From NCBI GenBank assembly GCA_964016885.1, contig OZ024742.1, positions 150,040,001 to 150,104,000 on the forward strand: a stretch of 64,000 nt of DNA, in the 5' to 3' direction. The DNA is from Eledone cirrhosa (lineage: Eukaryota). A model generated the notes under the pieces. The model was not told the origin of the DNA and ran no database searches. It saw only the letters and a program-made list of their open reading frames with translations. Each line of letters opens with the position of its first letter. Position 1 is the first letter of the stretch. Shown here piece by piece: positions 54,799 through 64,000 of this stretch. Made by a program: the position numbers and the translations under genes.

Positions 54799-55519
54799 GT
54801 ACGTCTGTATACATATATGTATGTACGTATACATACTTATATATATATAGTCCAGAATTAGCCGTCGAAACGGCTTGAGCTCAGCTGTCGGGGTCTTACT
54901 GGTTCCTATTACCCACTCTACTACCTCAAGTATTGAGTACTTTGGTGCGTTATGGTCCACCTGGTTCCTTACCACATTTCCTTCGTTATATATATATATA
55001 TATATATAGTAATAATAATACATTTGAAGGCTAAAATCCAAAGAGGGATCGATAAGGATAAATATATATCAAATATATAAGAACCGTAGAGCAAATATTT
55101 ATTAAAATAACAGATTAAAGTTTAAGCAAAGAATCGCTGCTTTCACCCTTACCGGGATCTTCTGAAACTAACAGAGTCAATCTGTAAACGCAGAAGTGGA
55201 TATTTCAAAAAACGTTGCAACCGGAGGAAGACAGGAAGACGATACTTTGGTTCGTGGAAACGTTCCCTGTCAAAGAACGGGAAAAAACGAATATAATACG
55301 TCATTAATAGGAGCGGTGAAAAACAATTACGCGCAAAGACAGAACCACGTTTATGGTATAAAAGAGGTCGTAGACTAATGTTCTCTTAGGTGGTTCATAG
55401 AGACGTTCTCTGGCAATGAACGAAAAAAACGAAGATAATACGTCATATGTGGAGCGTGGAGAACAATTGCACGCAAAGACAAAACTACGTAAATGGTATG
55501 GTATAGCTGAAGTCGTAGA

Positions 55520-57017
<1,498 letters not shown>

Positions 57018-57065
57018 ACATACATACATACATACATACATACATACATACATACATACATACAT

Positions 57066-58184
57066 AGATAGGCTATACTTCTCACGCAAGGAAGGTGGCC
57101 GGGGTCTAAAATCAATATTAACAACATATGAGACTCGGATAGTAACACTAAAGCAACACCTTCAACAGAGGAAAAAGGTTGGCAACCATCTTGCCCAGGT
57201 TTATGACCATGAAAAAAGAAATATCATTAGAATAGCGACTGATCTGGAGGAGAGATATGGAATAAAGCCTGATATAAATCTCTCACCCAGAGAAATCGGA
57301 AGATCCTATTCAATGTTCAAACAAGATAAAAAAATTGACCAATTTACAGAAAAAGTTGTGCATGGATACTTGAGGCGTAAAACACAGACCATAGAGGGGA
57401 TAAACCACTCAAAAGGCCTGGCATGGAGTTCCGACAAGTTTATGACATCACACCTTGAGGGATATCTCTATGCAATACAGGAACAAGAACTCCCTACCAA
57501 ATATCTGCTGCACAAAAGAGGAGGGCTAGCAGATGACAATAAATGTAGGCTATGTAAAACAAAGATCGAGGATGTAAGCCACATTGTTGCCAGCTGCGAA
57601 AGAATGTCATCTCGCTACTACCTCTCCATGAGACACGATGGGATAGCTAGAACCATCTGGAACGCACTTCGGAAAACAAAATTAACAACAAACGAGGAAG
57701 AATATATTGAGACAGATGGCACTAAGGAATACTGGTGGAACCTGAAAATAAAAACTGCCACCAAATTAAAGCACAACCGGCCTGATATTGTAGTTTGGGA
57801 CCACACATTGAAAACGTGTTCTGTTGTGGAGATCAGCTGCCCACTTGATGTAAACGTTGTCAGAAAAATACAGGAGAAGGAGGACATCTACGGACCAGTG
57901 ATGAGGAGTTTACAAATCCAGTATCCAAGATACACCTTTAGCTTCATACCCATCATTATTGGAGCTACGGGTTATATACCAACCCGCTTGGACCAAAGTA
58001 TGACTGAACTTGGATTTGCAGACAAAAAGCGCAGCTCCCTAATTCATAGTCTACAAATGGCTGCGATAGCTGGCACCTTCAAAATTTGCAAAACATTCTT
58101 GCGATTCAAGGGATGACAATTTCTTTTCTTTTACAACCTTGCCACCAGGAAGGTGGCCGGTCAAAAAAATTAAAAAAAAAGAGC
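57066..58184 (+). mobile_element. R4/Dong-type RLE LINE 3' part (family B), open frame to 58116
   Basis: RLYFSRKEGGRGL, AIQEQELPTK, CRLC-x8-H-x4-C, RHD, RPDIVVWD, VEISCP; preceded by (TACA)n and followed by catacatacatacat. Confidence 0.9.
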
Positions 58185-58925
58185 ATACATACATACATAT
58201 ATTCCCTCTCTGTATTATACTGTCTTTAAATAAAGGACACTCTATACAATGTAAGCTATAATATAAAACGAAAATACAGGATGATCATGACTGGAATTCC
58301 TTTGGTCATATGGTTACTGGATAATAATCACAATAACCACCAACATATATTTCCTTGTCAAGATGCAACTTAGTATTTAATTACAATAAAATCCTGAAGG
58401 ATTACGAATATCCACGTTATCTATCTCTGCTGTAATCACTCTGGTTGGGAAGAGATGGGGAGTGGGACAAAGAAAAAAATCATTGGCAATGACTATTGAG
58501 CTCTGGATGAATTCGTGACAGATGGGAAAGACTTGTGCACAGCATGTCACGACACATTTCCTAATTCCTCTTGTTGTTACCTATCCATAATTGTGTGTTG
58601 CATTTGATTGTAACAATTTTCCTGTCCCATACCGGTATATAGATATTTGGTCTTGTTTTCTTGTCCAGCGTCCGTTATATTTGCCTCCCGAATAGCTTTC
58701 TTACTTAGATACTATTGATGCACTAGGAAGAAAAGTCCTGCCTTTTGAAGCACCCGAAACTGTAATGATCCCAGAAGTCAGCTGATAAGGGGGAAATTGT
58801 CCATGTGCCTGTCTTTTCTGAGTTTTCTGTTTCCTCTATATGTCCCACGTGTCTTTTCAATGATAATATCATTGTGACCGACATGACATAATTTTGAAAC
58901 CAAAAGTGTTGTTTAGTCTCTAGAT

Positions 58926-59265
58926 GGTTGTTGTTGTTGTTGTTCAGTCCCAAGTCAGCCCTGGTAGAGCAGACGTATGGTCATAGAGATCCTACAGATA
59001 TGATCAGCCTGTCGTTTTGCTTACTATATAAAAGGCTGCTACGACTACATTATGTATCATTTTCTAAAAGGCTTACGCAATCACTCGACCTGCTAGAAAT
59101 AGCAACGAAATCGCTTTCATATAACATCCTACATAAATTGGCAAAACGCACATAAAATAATGTAGTTCTACATACATCTTCCCAGACGGGATGATCACGT
59201 TCTAAATGAATTTGATCGTAGATCAACTGGATTAGAATTAACCTGGGGCTAAATAACAACAACAA
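58926..59265. mobile_element. Old MITE-like inverted-repeat element
   Basis: (gtt)n-cagtcccaagtca / taacctggggctaaat-(aac)n ends; internal ctgctagaaatagca shared with 12346 and 5665. Confidence 0.4.
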
Positions 59266-59425
59266 TCCCAACACCCACGATTACTATCACTACCATGCCC
59301 ATCAACAAAACACAACATTCAATGATCATAAAAGTTTAATTCACTCTGATGTCACAAGGGAGTGACAGGAATGTCAGATGCGTAGTCGTCAGGAATAGCT
59401 AGCAAAAATAATTCCATTATTGGGA

Positions 59426-61630
<2,205 letters not shown>

Positions 61631-61697
61631 GAAATGTGTGAGTGTATATATATTAGCACGTGTGAAGAAGGCGTAGGGCCATCTAAATTTTAATATC

Positions 61698-61773
<76 letters not shown>

Positions 61774-61929
61774 TGCAGACTCTCCATCACTCTCAAAAAA
61801 CCACACTAACTATTTGGATATATATATATTTATCCACGTTTGTGTGTATGTGTGTAGACACACACACACACACACATATATATATGTGTGTATATGTATA
61901 TATATATATAATATATGTATGACGGTATG

Positions 61930-62312
61930 TACTCGCAGGTCTTGAATAATCGCCCCGCCTCAGCCCACTTATTAATTTTTCAGATTTTTTTCCAACCATT
62001 CAGTTTTTATTACCCCCCCCCCCCCCTCACCCTTATTAAATTTTGCTAATCTATCTCCAGCGAAATTTTATTGTAAGTGATTCATATTGATACAGCAACT
62101 GGAGAATCTAATAATTTTATTTTATTTTACATTAAAAAAACATTATATATGACAAAAAAAATTACATTACAAGAAATCCCATATTTACGAACGTACACTA
62201 TACAATTAACGATCCCCCGTTTACCCCCCCCCCCCCCACACTTATAAGAATTTAAGCAAATGTCCAAGCGCTTTGCTTATTCCACCTCCCTATTATTTGG
62301 GACCCGAGAGTA
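61930..62312. mobile_element. TcMar-type MITE
   Basis: Imperfect TIRs tactcgcaggtcttgaataat / attatttgggacccgagagta with terminal TA. Confidence 0.6.
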
Positions 62313-62432
62313 TGTATATATTCATTTAGCAGTTAAACTACGCGCATGTTATTATTGAACGCACAATGCTGTTTCGAGAAGGACAAGGTCCGTATACGAT
62401 CTATTGAATATTTCTTTTCTATTTCCAAAGAA

Positions 62433-62525
62433 TCCCTCTGATGACGGAATCTTCCAATATTGGTTATCTTAATTTATTAGGATAATCATATTTGTTTCTT
62501 AATTCCAGAAACTGCAGCTCAGGGA
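62433..62525 (+). ncRNA. Type I hammerhead motif with long stem II
   Basis: tccct-CTGATGA-c-ggaat...attcc-a-GAAAC-tgca-GCTC-aggga; one extra base near the cleavage triplet. Confidence 0.6.
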
Positions 62526-63854
62526 GTTGATGCGAGCGAAACTTTCTAATGTTAGTTTGTCTAATTTTTAATTTCCCCCAATGGAGATTTTGGCAGAAGT
62601 TAAACTATGCATATATATATATATATAGGCGTTAAACAGAATAACTCTAATTATTTTGAGCCAAACATAAATTTACGCGACTGGTAAACCAAGTGAATTG
62701 ATGCCGCTGGTACCAGAAATTGTTTTTGGACAAGTGCGGGACCGGATGGTGTGTGGAGACTTTGGTTGAGTTGAATCTGTAACTGAATATTGAACACATT
62801 ATAATATATAGGCTGGGATCGTGTACATGGAGGGGTTATTTGATGTATAAATCCAGCTTGTAATTCATGTGTCTGGATGTGATTGTTACGTTTGAGTAAT
62901 AATTTATATCCAACAATTTTGATTGATTTACATATGTTGTGTTATTTGGACCGATTGGTATTCTACAGACAATACCATTTCTATTTAACCCCTAGAAATC
63001 TGGGAAATATGTAACCAATTAGTCTATACTATGCTGTTATTATACATGTGCAATAATTTGCCGGTTTGTTTTACAGTAACTAATTTAATAACATTGCATC
63101 AGCCCTATCTTACAATAATTACGATTTGCTTGTGCATAGCTTGCTTTTGTGCCATGCCTGTCTATATACCTGTTATACTCAGCTCTATCCTCTAATAATT
63201 TACTTGTGTATGACTTGTGCTTTTGTGATACCTACCTATATGCTTGTGAGCACCCATTGGCTGCATAATTTGGGTACCTACCAGTATACCTTGTGTATGT
63301 ATATCATGGTGGAGATTCGGATTACTGTAGTCTTTGTGGATGTACCAAAGGGACTTCCTAACACTTTAATTATAAGTTACGGAGATCCTATTCATTCGTG
63401 TTGGTAGGGACCTGCACTTGTATTCTTTTGGCTTCTGTATGTGCTTATTTATTTATTATTTTATTTCATTTTATTATTTTAATTATTTTTTATATTTTGT
63501 ATTACTATATTATAATTTTTATTAGGTTTTAACCATTGCCTGTATTTTTTGTATTTTTGTAATTTTTGCTTTTGTATTTTTTGCTTTTTCATATTTTGTG
63601 TGCCATCTATTATATCTACATCTTGTTGAATCCGCCTATGCACTGGCATTTAGTTGAGGTGCTTAACAACCCCAGCATGCACCCCCTCCTTGTTCGCCAC
63701 CTCCGATCTCCCTATTTTTACTCTCTGCTCTTGTACATTGAGCTAACACAATACTGTCATAATACAACATGGTGCATGTGTGTTTATGCACAGATGCTCC
63801 GTGATATACATAAATAAATATATAAGAATTTGCAAAGTGATAAGAATTGCAGCT

Positions 63855-64000
63855 TTTCATAAACTTTATTTCATATTACATGATTCTATATCGATCAGCT
63901 CGGGTTTGAAGAAGTGTCGATTAAGAGTCGGGATTTGATCGCATGATCAAACCCGAGCTGATCGATATAGAAGCATGTAATATGAAATAGAGTTTACGAA
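63855..64000. repeat. Hairpin with arms of at least 54 bp running off the window edge
   Basis: ttcataaac...gctcgggtttga / tcaaacccgagc...gtttacgaa. Confidence 0.75.

Overview
AT-rich eukaryotic, repeat-saturated DNA with no intact host gene recognisable. The abundant tRNA-derived SINEs, dense (TA)n/(CA)n/(TATG)n microsatellites and LINE spectrum resemble an octopus/cephalopod genome (inference). Recognisable content: Penelope-like element (PLE) RT and GIY-YIG fragments, a Helitron helicase fragment, a Tigger/pogo transposase, three Tx1/L1-clade LINE copies, an RTE LINE with C-terminal C2H2 fingers plus non-autonomous RTE derivatives, four R4/Dong-type RLE LINE fragments sitting in (TATG)n/(TACA)n, several MITEs and about 25 SINE copies. 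Most listed ORFs are microsatellite artefacts. The main signal is RNA-level: at least a dozen type I hammerhead-ribozyme (HHR) motifs from several families, nearly all in outward-facing inverted (hairpin) insertions bounded by (TA)n. The best example is a near-identical 310-bp tandem array at 34551-36317 with one HHR per monomer (a retrozyme-like, putative circRNA-producing element) that flips orientation in the middle. All structures were read by eye; no folding or database search was run, and coordinates of degenerate elements are approximate.
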